Source: Candidatus Eiseniibacteriota bacterium
Lineage (GTDB): Bacteria > Eisenbacteria > RBG-16-71-46
Length of the DNA stretch: 64,000 bases
Direction: 5' to 3'
Assembly (NCBI GenBank): GCA_963717505.1
Contig: OY970342.1
Location: 3,264,001 to 3,328,000 of the forward strand
Under the pieces are notes generated by a model, which had not been told where the DNA came from, searched no databases, and saw only the letters and a program-made list of their open reading frames with translations. A program made the position numbers and the translations under genes. The first letter of the stretch is position 1. Every line of letters starts with the position of its first letter. Positions 9,701-18,117 of this stretch are shown here, in pieces.

Positions 9701-12212
9701 CGTCCTGATGGACGCGAACAAGTCGGTGACTGCGACCTTCACGATCAACACCTACACGCTGGGCGTCACGATCGTCGGTTCGGGCTCGGTCGCCAAGAAC
9801 CCGGATCAGCCAACCTACAACCATGGGACGAGCGTGCAGCTGACTGCGACGCCTGACCCGACCTGGAACTTCGTCGGCTGGAGCGGAGCCGCCACCGGCA
9901 CGACCAATCCGGTCAGCGTCCTGATGGACGCCAACAAGTCGGTGACCGCGACCTTCGCACTCAACGCGTATGCGCTCAGCGTCACGGTCGTCGGCTCGGG
10001 CACGGTCGCCAAGAACCCCGATCAGGCGACCTATGGCCACGGTACCAGCGTCGAGCTGACCGCGAACGCGGCGACGGGCTGGACGTTCAGCGGCTGGAGC
10101 GGAGCCGCCACGGGTTCGACCAACCCGGTCAACCTGGTGATGGACGCCAACAAGAGCGTGACCGCGACCTTCACCGTCAACACCTACACGCTGGGCGTCA
10201 CGATCGTCGGTTCGGGCTCGGTCGCCAAGAACCCGGATCAGCCGACCTACAACCACGGGACGAGCGTGCAGCTGACCGCGATGCCGGCGGCGGGATGGAT
10301 GTTCAGCGCCTGGAGCGGCGATGCCAGCGGAACGACCAACCCGGTCAACGTGGTGATGGATGCCAACAAGAGCGTCACCGCCTCGTTCGCGATCAATCCG
10401 CAGCAGTTGACCTTCAACCCGCAGCACGACGGTCGCGTCCAGTCGGACAATCCGACGCGGAGCTACGGGACTGGAACCGGAACCGTACCGCTGCTGCGCG
10501 TGCGGAACACGGGTCCCACGGTGCACTCGTACCTCAAGTTCCAGCTGTCCGGCCTCGCCGGTCCGGCGGCCAGCGCCAAGCTCCGGCTCTTCTGCGTCGA
10601 CGCCAGCACGGACGGCGGTGGCGTCTACTCGGTGTCGAACAACTACGTCGGGACGTCGACGCCGTGGGTCGAGACCGGCCTGACCTGGAACACCGCGCCC
10701 GGGGTCTCGGGCGCGCCGCTCGCCCAGGTCGGCAACGCCAACCTGAACGCCTGGGTCGAGGTCGACGTCACTTCCGCGATCACCGGCGACGGCACCTTCA
10801 GCTTCGCGTTGACCAGTGCCTCGACCAACATCGCCGGATACGAGTCGAAGGAGGGAGCGAATCCCCCACAACTGGTGATCAACGGCGGCGGGGTTCCAAA
10901 CCTGACCCCGACGGTCCAGTCGTTCACCCCGACCAGTGGCATCGCCGGCACCGAGGTCACGATTGCCGGGACTCACTTCACCGGCGCGACTGGCGCCAGC
11001 TTCGGCGGGGTGGCGGCCAGTTCGTTCACCGTCGATTCCGACGTCCAGGTTCGCGCCACGGTCGCCGCGGGTGCGGTCACGGGACCAGTGCGAGTCACGA
11101 CACCCGAGGGCACGGGTGTCAGCGCGAGCAACTTCACCATCATCGCACCGCCGACCGTGAGCAATTTCTCGCCGGGCAGCGGCTCGCCGGGGACCCAGGT
11201 CACGCTCATCGGAACCGGCTTTGGGCTCGCCACCAGCGTCGCGTTCAATGCGGTCGCGGCGACCTTCATCGTCGACAGTGACGCCCAGATTCGGGCGACC
11301 GTCCCGGGTGGGGCGACCACCGGCCCGATCTCGGTTGGCAACCCGGCCGGGACGGGCACGAGCCCGAGCAGTTTCGTGGTCACCGCGCCGCCGCCGCAGG
11401 TGACGTTCACGCCGGTGGCCGACGCGCGCGTCCAATCCGCCAACCCGACCACCAACTACGGTTCCGGATCCGGGACCAATTCACTGCTGCGGGTGAGGAG
11501 CACGGGACCGACCATCAACTCGTACCTCAAGTTCCAGGTGGCCGGCGTCTCGGGACCGGTGGTCAACGCCAAGCTGCGACTGTTCTGCGTGGACGAGAGC
11601 GTCGATGGCGGCAGGGTCTACTCGGTGTCGAACAACTACGTCGGCACCTCGACGCCATGGCTCGAGAACGGGCTGATCTGGAACAACGCGCCGGCCATCA
11701 GCGGCTCGCCGCTTTCCCAACACGGAGCGGTGCCGATCAACGCCTGGGTCGAGTTCGACGTGACCGCCGCGGTCACCGGCGACGGAACCTACAGCTTCGC
11801 TCTGGCCAGCAACTCGACCAACATCGTCGGCTACAACTCGAAGGAGAGCGCGACGCCGCCGCAGCTGGTGATCGACGTCGGCACGGGCGCGGCGGCGGCT
11901 ACCGCGTCGATCGATATCGGCGCTTCGTCGGTCGGCCGAGTTTCGCTCGGCCCGGCGTACCCGAATCCGTTCCGCAGCCAGGTCTCGATGCGACTCGAGC
12001 TACCTCGGGAGGATCGCGTACGGCTCGAGGTCTATGACGTGCTCGGACGCCGGGTAAAGGTCCTGGCGGACGGCGACTATGCGCCTGGGGCGCACGAGTT
12101 CACCTGGGACGGTCGCAATGAGATCGGCGCACGGGTCGAAGCCGGGATCTACATGATCCACCTCGAAGCCCAGGGGGTCACCGCCCGGCGCAAGGCTGTC
12201 CTGGTTCGCTAA
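3729..12212 (+). CDS. Giant secreted repeat protein: N-terminal propeller-like domain, 7 IPT/TIG, 3 DNRLRE/CBM96-like, 17 InlB-B-like repeats, C-terminal FlgD-Ig/sorting domain; three +1 indels
   Basis: Signal peptide after ATG 3729 (alternative 3711). IPT 'PTIxxFxPTSG' units and 'SYLKF...AKLRLFC' modules are visible, and the C-terminus reads 'YPNPF...VYDVLGRRV'. Between ~7200 and ~7930 the repeats continue in the ORF 7327..7980 frame. Confidence 0.85.
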   Translation: MRERPLFFARALGSIAALVGFASTALPAWAQTPILAGYRDFNYGSTAINTPTGEKPESKLWWNDGFWWGILWDPASNRYEIHKFNVGTQSWASTNVAADTRSNAKADALWDGTNLFIAFHVFANEGGPVSPSQAASLYRYSYNAGTDQYSLDFGFPVTINGSNSETLVLAKDGTGQLWITWTERVSPTNTLTKVMINHSMGTNHLSWGTPYRIPVQTQDADPDDIASVIALPGKIGVFWSDQENEVDYFAVHLDGAADDVWQPRETALIDPVLANIADDHISMVADPAGNLYVATKTSLNLPATNPIIYLLKRTPAGVWSRYVVATVGDQHTRAIVQLDDGGNLYVFMTYDPGGPEPQQLIYLKSTNTSNIQFPTGFGTPFIQSTTDDLVNNSTGTKQLLNATTDLLVIASDQSSHYYMHNMLPIGSTGPSIASFLPLSGVAGTEVTLTGSGFTGATNVRFNGLNAPGFVLDNANQIRVNVPVGATTGPISVEAPSGTGISSSSFTIQTVPTVASFLPTSGPPATEVTVSGTGFLGTTNVTFNGVSATYTVDSNTQLRANVPVGATTGPIAVTNGVGTGTSASNFTVTAPPPVVTFAPIHDARVEAANPTTSFPGTGTGTNLLLRVGVASSNPINSYLKFNVSGLAGPVVDAKLRLFCNDDSPDGGRIYAVSNNYLGTSTPWLETGLNWNNAPTIGGTILDQKANVPDESWVEFNVTPAITGNGVFSLGITSPHVNLAAYYQKEGVSPPQLVVTIAAGAPTIANFNPTSGPPGTQVTVTGTNFSSVTAVTFNGVAAASFIVDNATQLRATVPAAAGSGPIGITNSNGTTFSATNFTVDPPTITNFTPTSGHIGATVVITGTQFSTVSSVRFNGVSAGFVINNPTQITATVPSGATTGPISVLNPAGSASSGTNFTVILPPTIASFNPTSGPSGTQVTVTGTQYSSVTAVTFNGVAASSFIIDSPTQLRANVPNGTNTGPIGVTNLAATTNSATNFTVVKYTLATTPVGSGTIGRVPDQPSYDNGTTVQLTATPSVGWTFTGWTGDASGTTNPVNVLMNANKTVTGTFTVNTYTLAVTPIGSGTVGRVPDQPTYNHGTSVQLTATPAVGWTFTGWTGALTGTTNPANLLMDGNKSVTATFTINTYTLGVTTVGLGAVEQEPEPGDLRPRDERPADRNPDGGVDVYRLEWRRYRSDQSAQPGDGRHQVGDRNVLAQRLRDECRGGRVRLGRQESRSGDLQSRDQRPADRNAGNGVDVHELERRRHRRHQSGHRTDGREQDGDRDLHHQHLHAGCHERGLGLGHEESKSGHLRPRHERRADRDPGHRLDVHRLERQRDRHDQSGQCPDGRQQERHRDFRDQHLHTRRDGGRLRLGRQESRSAELRPRNQRRADRDPGRRLDVQLAGAAHATGSTNPVSVLMDANKSVTATFTINTYTLGVTIVGSGSVAKNPDQGTYDHGTSVELTAVSATGWTFAGWSDDATGVTNPVNVLMDDNKSVTVTFTINTYTLGVTVVGSGSVAKNPDQPTYEHGTNVELTATPDPTWNFIGWSGDATGLNNPVNVLMDANKSVTATFALNAYALSVTLVGSGSVARNPDQASYDHGTSVELTATPATGWTFTGWSGDASGSTNPVTVLMEATRNVTATFTVNTYTLAVDAIGSGSVSWIPDQPTYDHGTIIALTASPSPTWHLVGWSGDASGSESPLNLLMDGNKSVIATFALNTYTLSVTVVGSGSVGRNPDQPSYDHGTTVDLTANPATGWTFTGWSGDATGTTNPVNVLMDANKSVTATFTANTYTLAVNTVGSGTVAKNPDQPSYDHGTSVELTASPVTGWTFTGWSGDATGSTNPVNVLMDGNKSVTATFTINTYTLAVTTVGSGSVAKNPDQATYDHGTSVQLTAAPDPTWNFVGWSGGATGTTNPVNVLMDANKSVTATFALNAYALSVTVVGSGTVAKNPDQATYGHGTSVELTANAAAGWTFSDWSGDATGSTNPVNVLMDANKSVTATFTINTYTLGVTIVGSGSVAKNPDQPTYNHGTSVQLTATPDPTWNFVGWSGAATGTTNPVSVLMDANKSVTATFALNAYALSVTVVGSGTVAKNPDQATYGHGTSVELTANAATGWTFSGWSGAATGSTNPVNLVMDANKSVTATFTVNTYTLGVTIVGSGSVAKNPDQPTYNHGTSVQLTAMPAAGWMFSAWSGDASGTTNPVNVVMDANKSVTASFAINPQQLTFNPQHDGRVQSDNPTRSYGTGTGTVPLLRVRNTGPTVHSYLKFQLSGLAGPAASAKLRLFCVDASTDGGGVYSVSNNYVGTSTPWVETGLTWNTAPGVSGAPLAQVGNANLNAWVEVDVTSAITGDGTFSFALTSASTNIAGYESKEGANPPQLVINGGGVPNLTPTVQSFTPTSGIAGTEVTIAGTHFTGATGASFGGVAASSFTVDSDVQVRATVAAGAVTGPVRVTTPEGTGVSASNFTIIAPPTVSNFSPGSGSPGTQVTLIGTGFGLATSVAFNAVAATFIVDSDAQIRATVPGGATTGPISVGNPAGTGTSPSSFVVTAPPPQVTFTPVADARVQSANPTTNYGSGSGTNSLLRVRSTGPTINSYLKFQVAGVSGPVVNAKLRLFCVDESVDGGRVYSVSNNYVGTSTPWLENGLIWNNAPAISGSPLSQHGAVPINAWVEFDVTAAVTGDGTYSFALASNSTNIVGYNSKESATPPQLVIDVGTGAAAATASIDIGASSVGRVSLGPAYPNPFRSQVSMRLELPREDRVRLEVYDVLGRRVKVLADGDYAPGAHEFTWDGRNEIGARVEAGIYMIHLEAQGVTARRKAVLVR
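6726..10400 (+). repeat. 17 tandem 216-bp (72-aa) coding repeats
   Basis: Tyr codon starting each unit lies at 6726, 6942, 7158, 7375, 7591, 7807, 8025, 8241 ... 10185. Spacing is 216 except 217 and 218 where indels fall. Confidence 0.9.
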
Positions 12213-12228
12213 CCCCGCATGAAACAGT

Positions 12229-12257
12229 CGTGGCCATCCCGCTCCGGGATGGCCACG
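12229..12257. terminator. Perfect 13-bp hairpin between convergent genes (probable bidirectional terminator)
   Basis: CGTGGCCATCCCG-CTC-CGGGATGGCCACG. Confidence 0.7.
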
Positions 12258-12284
12258 TTCGTTGACGACGAATCGGTTTCGGCG

Positions 12285-13454
12285 CTATCGCAAGTTCGAT
12301 ACCGGCGCCGGCCGGGTGTTGTCGGGAACCACCACGGAGGGTCCCGCGTGCGTGAAGTCGGTCCACGCCATGATCTTTCCGGTACGCGCCGGGTTGTGCG
12401 ACCGATAGTTGGTGCCGTACGCCCGGTTGATCAGCCAGGGGACGAACTGTTCGTCGTCGTCGTCGGTCCACCAGCCGCCGAACTCGTTGTCGAGGTACAT
12501 CAGGTATTCGGTGGCGCGAAGCATGGCCCGATCTTCCCAGTTCCACGTGTCGAAGCCCTGGCGCGCCAGGATCTCGGCTTGCACGGCCGCGCCGGAAAGA
12601 CCTTCCCACGCGTATCCAGTGTGGCCCGGCGGCCACGCGAACGACCCGCCGCGGCTGATGTCGTCGGGCAGTGCGCCGTCGACATTGTGTCCCTGGACGG
12701 TTGCGCCTGCGGGGTTGACCGGCGTCGGCTGACTCGGGTCGGGCATCCACGTGTCGGCGCCCTGGCCGCCAAACTGATACGCGAAGCCGGCGAACGAACT
12801 GCGATCGCCGAGCCAGCCCTTGAAGACCTGCGCCGTGCGTGCGATTTCGGCCGGATCGTCCAGGTAGACCGCGACTGCGGCGCGACTGCCGCCGGCCAGC
12901 GTTCCCCAGTTGTTCGGACGATCCTCGTGGGTCGACTGCAGGGTGCGCCCGTCGAGATTCTCGGTCAGCGTCCGGCGCAGCCAGGCTCGAAACACGGTGT
13001 CGTCAGCGGTGTCGAGCCCGACCAGCTCGGCCGCGATGACATAGGCGGCCAGCTCGCGGCCCAGCGCGAGCGTGCGACCTCCGAGCTCGGTGTCGATCGC
13101 TGCCATGCAGTTCTGCACGACATCGTCGCGATAGCTCGAGACCCCGGTCCGCACGTAAACGATGGCCTTGGCCAGGACGTAGACGTTGTTGTTCTGGTCC
13201 TGATTGCTGAGCTCCGGCGTGCCTGCATCCTGATCGGCGCGCGCCTTGAGGGCGGTCCACGCCGGGCCCGACATGGGCATCGCCATGATTTCGTCGCGCG
13301 TCACCCAGATCGCTCCCTCGCCGGCGTTGCCGCGCGGTTGCGGGTCGATTTTCGGTTCGGCGGCTCGTGCGTCGACGGAATACGCGGCGCCGGCGAGCAG
13401 CAGGGCGAAGGCCAGTGTCCGCCGGACGATGTCTTGAAGGTTGCGCGAGTTCAC
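12285..13454 (-). CDS. Secreted alginate-lyase-like (alpha/alpha toroid) protein
   Basis: Signal peptide after GTG 13454; 'RPNNWGT', 'DGALPDDISRG' and 'GYAWEGL' resemble motifs of the PF05426-type alginate lyase family. Confidence 0.6.
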   Translation of the reverse strand: MNSRNLQDIVRRTLAFALLLAGAAYSVDARAAEPKIDPQPRGNAGEGAIWVTRDEIMAMPMSGPAWTALKARADQDAGTPELSNQDQNNNVYVLAKAIVYVRTGVSSYRDDVVQNCMAAIDTELGGRTLALGRELAAYVIAAELVGLDTADDTVFRAWLRRTLTENLDGRTLQSTHEDRPNNWGTLAGGSRAAVAVYLDDPAEIARTAQVFKGWLGDRSSFAGFAYQFGGQGADTWMPDPSQPTPVNPAGATVQGHNVDGALPDDISRGGSFAWPPGHTGYAWEGLSGAAVQAEILARQGFDTWNWEDRAMLRATEYLMYLDNEFGGWWTDDDDEQFVPWLINRAYGTNYRSHNPARTGKIMAWTDFTHAGPSVVVPDNTRPAPVSNLR

Positions 13455-13978
13455 GATTCGACCCCCATGGATTGCGTTGTGCACGCGACCACGCTGCAAA
13501 AGGCGACCTCCTTGTCGCGACGCAGCCGTCCCCACTTCAGGACTTGCCTGGGCCGATCGGGCGCCACTCGAACGCCCTGCCCGCGAAAAGCCCAATGGCA
13601 GGGGACTGCAGGAAACCGGCGACCGCCCGTTGGTCGACCCTGGGAACGAACCGCGCCGCCGGGCTGCAAACGCTATGCCGCCAGAAACCTAGACTGCACT
13701 CGGGGGGAGGGGATCTATTCCCCGTCCTCGCCACACGACGCGCCGATCCTAGCACCCGACCGGGCCAGGAAAGTCAAAAGCGTGTGGAGACCGAGCCGAG
13801 GTTTGAGTCATGGATCGAGCGTCATCTGTCGAAACGCAATTCTAGGGGCTGGTCGGGGGCATGAAAACCACTCTCAGGCTTGTGGCCCGGACCGGCTATT
13901 TTGTAGACTCGTAACGTGTTGCGCACTCTTCGTGCTGGTTTTTCCCTGGCACCCAATGATCTCGATGAGGCCCCAAGG

Positions 13979-14524
13979 ATGAGCCCTTACCGTGCGTGCT
14001 GGTTCACCCCCTGCAAACTTCTTTACGCAGGATTTCCATTCATGGTCGCGGCCGTGGCCGTCTTCTTGGCTGCGACGCCCGCTCATGCCCAGGATCGCTC
14101 GAGCTACATCGTCGGCGAGCCTCAGGGACTGGAAATGCTGGTGCACATCGTGGGTGAGGTTCAGAGACCCGGAGAGTATCGAGTCCGCGATCGCACCAAC
14201 CTCCTCGAGCTGTTCTCCAAGGCCGGTGGCCCGACCGAATTTTCGAAGATGAACCAGATCACCATCCGGCGCGCCCCGATGTTCTCGGTGGCGACCGACT
14301 CGCTCAAGGGCTTTGGCGCTCCGACGACCGAGATCGTCGTCTTCAATCTGAAAGCCGCCATGATGGAACCCGACGCCGCGCTGCCCCCGACACTCAAGCC
14401 CGGGGACGTCGTCTTCGTGCCCAGGAACGCATGGAGCACCTGGCGCAACGTTGCTGCGGTGCTTCGCGACCTTTCGGTCGTCGCCGGCACCTACATCCTC
14501 TACCTCCGCTACCTCGAAGACTGA
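13979..14524 (+). CDS. SLBB-domain polysaccharide export protein (Wza-like, short)
   Basis: 'VHIVGEVQRPGEY...LLELFSKAGG...LKPGDVVFVP' SLBB motif followed by a C-terminal helix; lies upstream of wzc. Start uncertain (13916/13979/14042). Confidence 0.75.
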   Translation: MSPYRACWFTPCKLLYAGFPFMVAAVAVFLAATPAHAQDRSSYIVGEPQGLEMLVHIVGEVQRPGEYRVRDRTNLLELFSKAGGPTEFSKMNQITIRRAPMFSVATDSLKGFGAPTTEIVVFNLKAAMMEPDAALPPTLKPGDVVFVPRNAWSTWRNVAAVLRDLSVVAGTYILYLRYLED

Positions 14525-14558
14525 GCGTGACGGAGGCTCGCCGACTCGGAGAACTTCG

Positions 14559-16787
14559 ATGACAGACGGTTCAGGTCCGTTCGAAAGCCAGCAGATTCTT
14601 TCCGCCCTCGGCCGCATCTTCCGGCGCCGGAAGCTGCTGTTGGCGGGATGCCTGGCGATCGCCCTGATCCCGGCCGTGTACTACAACGAGACCTCGCGTC
14701 CGGTCTACGAGGCGTCGACCAGCCTGGTGTTCGAAGAGGTCAGCAACCCGATTCCGGGCGATCCCTACCGCAAGCCCTCGATCGAGCAGTACCTGTTCAA
14801 TCGGCTCGAGGAGATCAACAGCCGCTCCTTCGCCGACGACATCGCGCGCGCGATGCCCGAGAGCCTGCTGTCGCGAATTCCGCCGCCCAAGAAGACGCCC
14901 AAGCGCTACGACCGCATGGAGTACATCGGCGGTGTAATCGAGAAGTCGCTCGAGGCGCACCCGGTGCGTGGGTCGAACATCTTCACCATCAAGGTCCAGA
15001 TGCACGACCGGCGGCTATGCGTGGCGATCGCCGACCTGTCGCTCAAGGTGCTTCAGGACCGGGAATACCGTATTCACCGCCGCGGCGTCACCGACTTGCG
15101 CGCGTTCCTCGACCAGCAGCTCGAATCCTACGGCCAGCAGCTCGATGTGGCCGAACGCGACCTGCGTTCGTTCAAGGAGCGCAACAGCATCACGTCGCTC
15201 GACAGCGAGTCGAGCGAGACCTTGCGTAAGAGCACCGAGGCCGAAGTCCTGCTCAACACCACGCGCGCCAACCGTGGTGCCAGCGAAGAGCGACTGGCCA
15301 GCATTCGCAGGACGCTGGCCGCGGAGCAGCGAGATCTGATCCCGACCCTGACCAACGTCGCGAGCCCGTCGGCGCGCCGGCTCAAGGATCGTTTGGTCGA
15401 GCTGCAGGCGCAATACGCCCAGTTGCTAGCGCAGAACTACCCGGCGGATCATCCGCAGTTTGCGACCCTGCAACAGGAGATCGACAAGACCCGCGCGGCA
15501 TTGATCGAAGAGGCCAACAAGCTGGTGAGCCAGGGGATGACCAGCGACCCGATCACCCGGATCGAGACCCTGCAAGCGGAGGTGCTGACCCTGGAACTCG
15601 ACATCGAAGGCTTCAAGGCCCAGGAGGCCCAGCTTCGACAGATTGTGGAGTCCTACCGGCGAGATCTGAATCGACTCCCCAGCCAGGAACTCGAGTTGGC
15701 GCGTCTGGTGCGCGAGCGCGACGTCAGTCAGAAGATCTACACGACCTTGCTCGAGCGACGCGAGGAGGTCCGCATTTCCGAGGCGGAACGGATCGCCGAT
15801 AGCCGGCTGATCGACCGCGCGCAAAGGCCGGAATCCCCGATCAGGCCGCGCAAGGCCATGAATCTCGCCCTGGGCGCGCTGCTCGGTCTCATCCTCGGGA
15901 TGGGGATTGGGCTCGTGATCGAGGGCGGCGCCAAGGATCTCGACTCGACCATCGAGTTCGAGAAGACGACCGGCTGGCCGGTACTGGCTCTGGTCCCACG
16001 CATGCGTTCGAGCCGGACGTGGCCCAAGCTGCCCTGGCAGTTGGGCCGCAACCGGCGAAGCCCGGGGGAGCAGCACAACGCATTGATCTCGCACGTCGAG
16101 CCAGCGTCCGCAGCCGGCGAGGCCTACCTCATCTTACGCACTCGGCTCGAACTCCTCGGTGTCGGCACCCGCTACCGCTCGTTGCTGGTGACCAGCACCT
16201 GGCCGGGAGAGGGCAAGTCGACCACGGTTTCCAATCTCGCCGCGGCGTTCGGCGGCGCCGGCCACTCGACGCTGGTGGTCGACGCCGAGCTGCGCCGCCC
16301 GGTGATGCACCAGATCTTCGGACTGCGCCGCTCTCCGGGCTTGAGCGACGTGCTGATCGCGCGCAATGGCGATGCCCCGAAGCCCGACGACGTCCACTAT
16401 CGCGACCCGGTTCAGGACGCCTTCCGCACCACCCACGTTCCGGGGGTCTCGGTGCTGACCTGCGGCAAACGCATCGATCAGGCGCGCTGGGAGATCTCGC
16501 AGAAGGACCTGCGGTCGCTCACCGACGACATCCGGCAACGATTCGAGGTCGTGCTCATCGACTCCGCCTCGCCGCTGCTGGTGCACGACACGCTGATGCT
16601 GTGTTCGATCGTGGACGCGGTGCTGGTGGTCGTGGAAGCGCGCGGATTCGACCAGCGACGCTTCCAGGAGACCAAGCGCCTGATCGATTCCGCCGGTGGC
16701 AACGTCGTGGGCGTCATCGTCAACAAGATCGATCCGGCCGGTAAGTACGGCTACTACTATAGCCACTACTACAGCCATCAGGCCTGA
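14559..16787 (+). CDS. wzc: Wzc/GumC polysaccharide co-polymerase with tyrosine autokinase
   Basis: Two TMs around a coiled coil, Walker A 'PGEGKST', and C-terminal Tyr cluster 'KYGYYYSHYY'. Confidence 0.9.
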   Translation: MTDGSGPFESQQILSALGRIFRRRKLLLAGCLAIALIPAVYYNETSRPVYEASTSLVFEEVSNPIPGDPYRKPSIEQYLFNRLEEINSRSFADDIARAMPESLLSRIPPPKKTPKRYDRMEYIGGVIEKSLEAHPVRGSNIFTIKVQMHDRRLCVAIADLSLKVLQDREYRIHRRGVTDLRAFLDQQLESYGQQLDVAERDLRSFKERNSITSLDSESSETLRKSTEAEVLLNTTRANRGASEERLASIRRTLAAEQRDLIPTLTNVASPSARRLKDRLVELQAQYAQLLAQNYPADHPQFATLQQEIDKTRAALIEEANKLVSQGMTSDPITRIETLQAEVLTLELDIEGFKAQEAQLRQIVESYRRDLNRLPSQELELARLVRERDVSQKIYTTLLERREEVRISEAERIADSRLIDRAQRPESPIRPRKAMNLALGALLGLILGMGIGLVIEGGAKDLDSTIEFEKTTGWPVLALVPRMRSSRTWPKLPWQLGRNRRSPGEQHNALISHVEPASAAGEAYLILRTRLELLGVGTRYRSLLVTSTWPGEGKSTTVSNLAAAFGGAGHSTLVVDAELRRPVMHQIFGLRRSPGLSDVLIARNGDAPKPDDVHYRDPVQDAFRTTHVPGVSVLTCGKRIDQARWEISQKDLRSLTDDIRQRFEVVLIDSASPLLVHDTLMLCSIVDAVLVVVEARGFDQRRFQETKRLIDSAGGNVVGVIVNKIDPAGKYGYYYSHYYSHQA

Positions 16788-16839
16788 CCGCCCTTGGCGG
16801 GCTTCGCCACGGGCTCACGTCCCAAGGATTCCCGCTGAG

Positions 16840-18117
16840 ATGCCTCCCGTCCTTCTCGCTCGGGTGCTCGAGCGCATGCGTCATGCCGGCGTGCGCTACT
16901 GCGTCCTGCGCGGGACGCTGACCGGTCCGGCTCCACACGGCCATCGGGAGCTCGACGTTTTGGTCGACCCAAGACAGCTGGCGACCTGGTCCCGGGAAGT
17001 TCGAGCGTTGGGGTTCATGGCGATGCCGGTGCTCGGCTCGGGCGGCCATCGATTCTTCACACGCTACGACACGGACGGCGGGGAGTGGCTCAAACTCGAT
17101 GTCGTGACCGAGCTGCGCTTCGGCGGACGCGGCGGGCTGTTCTCAATGGCCGGCCGTGATCGCATCCTCGATCGCGCGACGACTGCGAACGATGTCCGGA
17201 CTCCGCATCCGGTCGACGCCACACTCGGATTGGTCCTGCACTGCCTGCTGGACAAACGCGCGTTCAAGGACGAGCACCGAAAGACCCTGGCCGGTCTACG
17301 CGACCAGGTGATGGGTGACGGGGCACTGAATGACGCCACCGAGGAATTGTTCACGCACTCGTTCGACGGCGCACTGAGTTGGCGGGACACGGCGGACGCC
17401 ATCGCTCGCGGGAACTGGCCGGGCTTGCTCGCGCGGCGGACGCGCGTGACCCAGGTCCTGTTTCGGCGCGACCCGATCGGCACCGTGGGGCGCGGAATCG
17501 ACGAGGTGCTGCGCCGTATCGCGCGGCCGCTTCACGCGGTCCTCGCACGCCGCGGCTACTCCATAGCGCTGATCGGTCCCGACGGCACCGGCAAGTCCAG
17601 CCTGGCGCGCCGGCTCGCTGCTGACCGCGAGATCCATGCCCGGATCGTCTACATGGGATCGAACCCCAAGGCGAGCACGGTTGGCCTCTGGCGCGGGGGC
17701 GCGAATTCGTTCGCCCCACGCCTGCTCGAACAGGCGTATCGATCGGCCGTGGCTTCGTTCTGGAAGTTGCGAGGTCACTTCGTAGTCTTCGAACGACATC
17801 CGTGGGAGGGTCGTAACGCGCCCGTGGCCGGCGGCGCTTCGCGCCTGAGGCGCGCCCTGCTGCTCGCCGCGAGCGCCCAGCCCGACCTCGTGGTCGTCCT
17901 CGACGCCCCGCTCGACCTCCTGGCCGACCGCACGCCGGAACACGAGCGCGAGCGGATCACGAGCCAGCGAGAACGGTATCGCGCGCTGGCCGGCCAGATC
18001 GCGGGGGCAACCGTGCTCGACACCTCGCACGACCTGGACCGGACGATTCGCGATCTGACCACGACGATCTGGGACGGTTATCGCCGACACGTCGAGGGCG
18101 GGGAGGTGCAGCCATGA
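16840..18117 (+). CDS. Nucleotidyltransferase-like + thymidylate-kinase-like fusion protein
   Basis: N-terminal 'YCVLRG...ELDVLV'; C-terminal P-loop 'GPDGTGKS' and 'PDLVVVLDAP'. Confidence 0.65.
   Translation: MPPVLLARVLERMRHAGVRYCVLRGTLTGPAPHGHRELDVLVDPRQLATWSREVRALGFMAMPVLGSGGHRFFTRYDTDGGEWLKLDVVTELRFGGRGGLFSMAGRDRILDRATTANDVRTPHPVDATLGLVLHCLLDKRAFKDEHRKTLAGLRDQVMGDGALNDATEELFTHSFDGALSWRDTADAIARGNWPGLLARRTRVTQVLFRRDPIGTVGRGIDEVLRRIARPLHAVLARRGYSIALIGPDGTGKSSLARRLAADREIHARIVYMGSNPKASTVGLWRGGANSFAPRLLEQAYRSAVASFWKLRGHFVVFERHPWEGRNAPVAGGASRLRRALLLAASAQPDLVVVLDAPLDLLADRTPEHERERITSQRERYRALAGQIAGATVLDTSHDLDRTIRDLTTTIWDGYRRHVEGGEVQP

Noticed and set aside
6726-10400. DGR template/variable repeats or a CRISPR-like array
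   Set aside because: These are in-frame protein repeats with mostly synonymous variation; no reverse transcriptase or cas gene is in the window.
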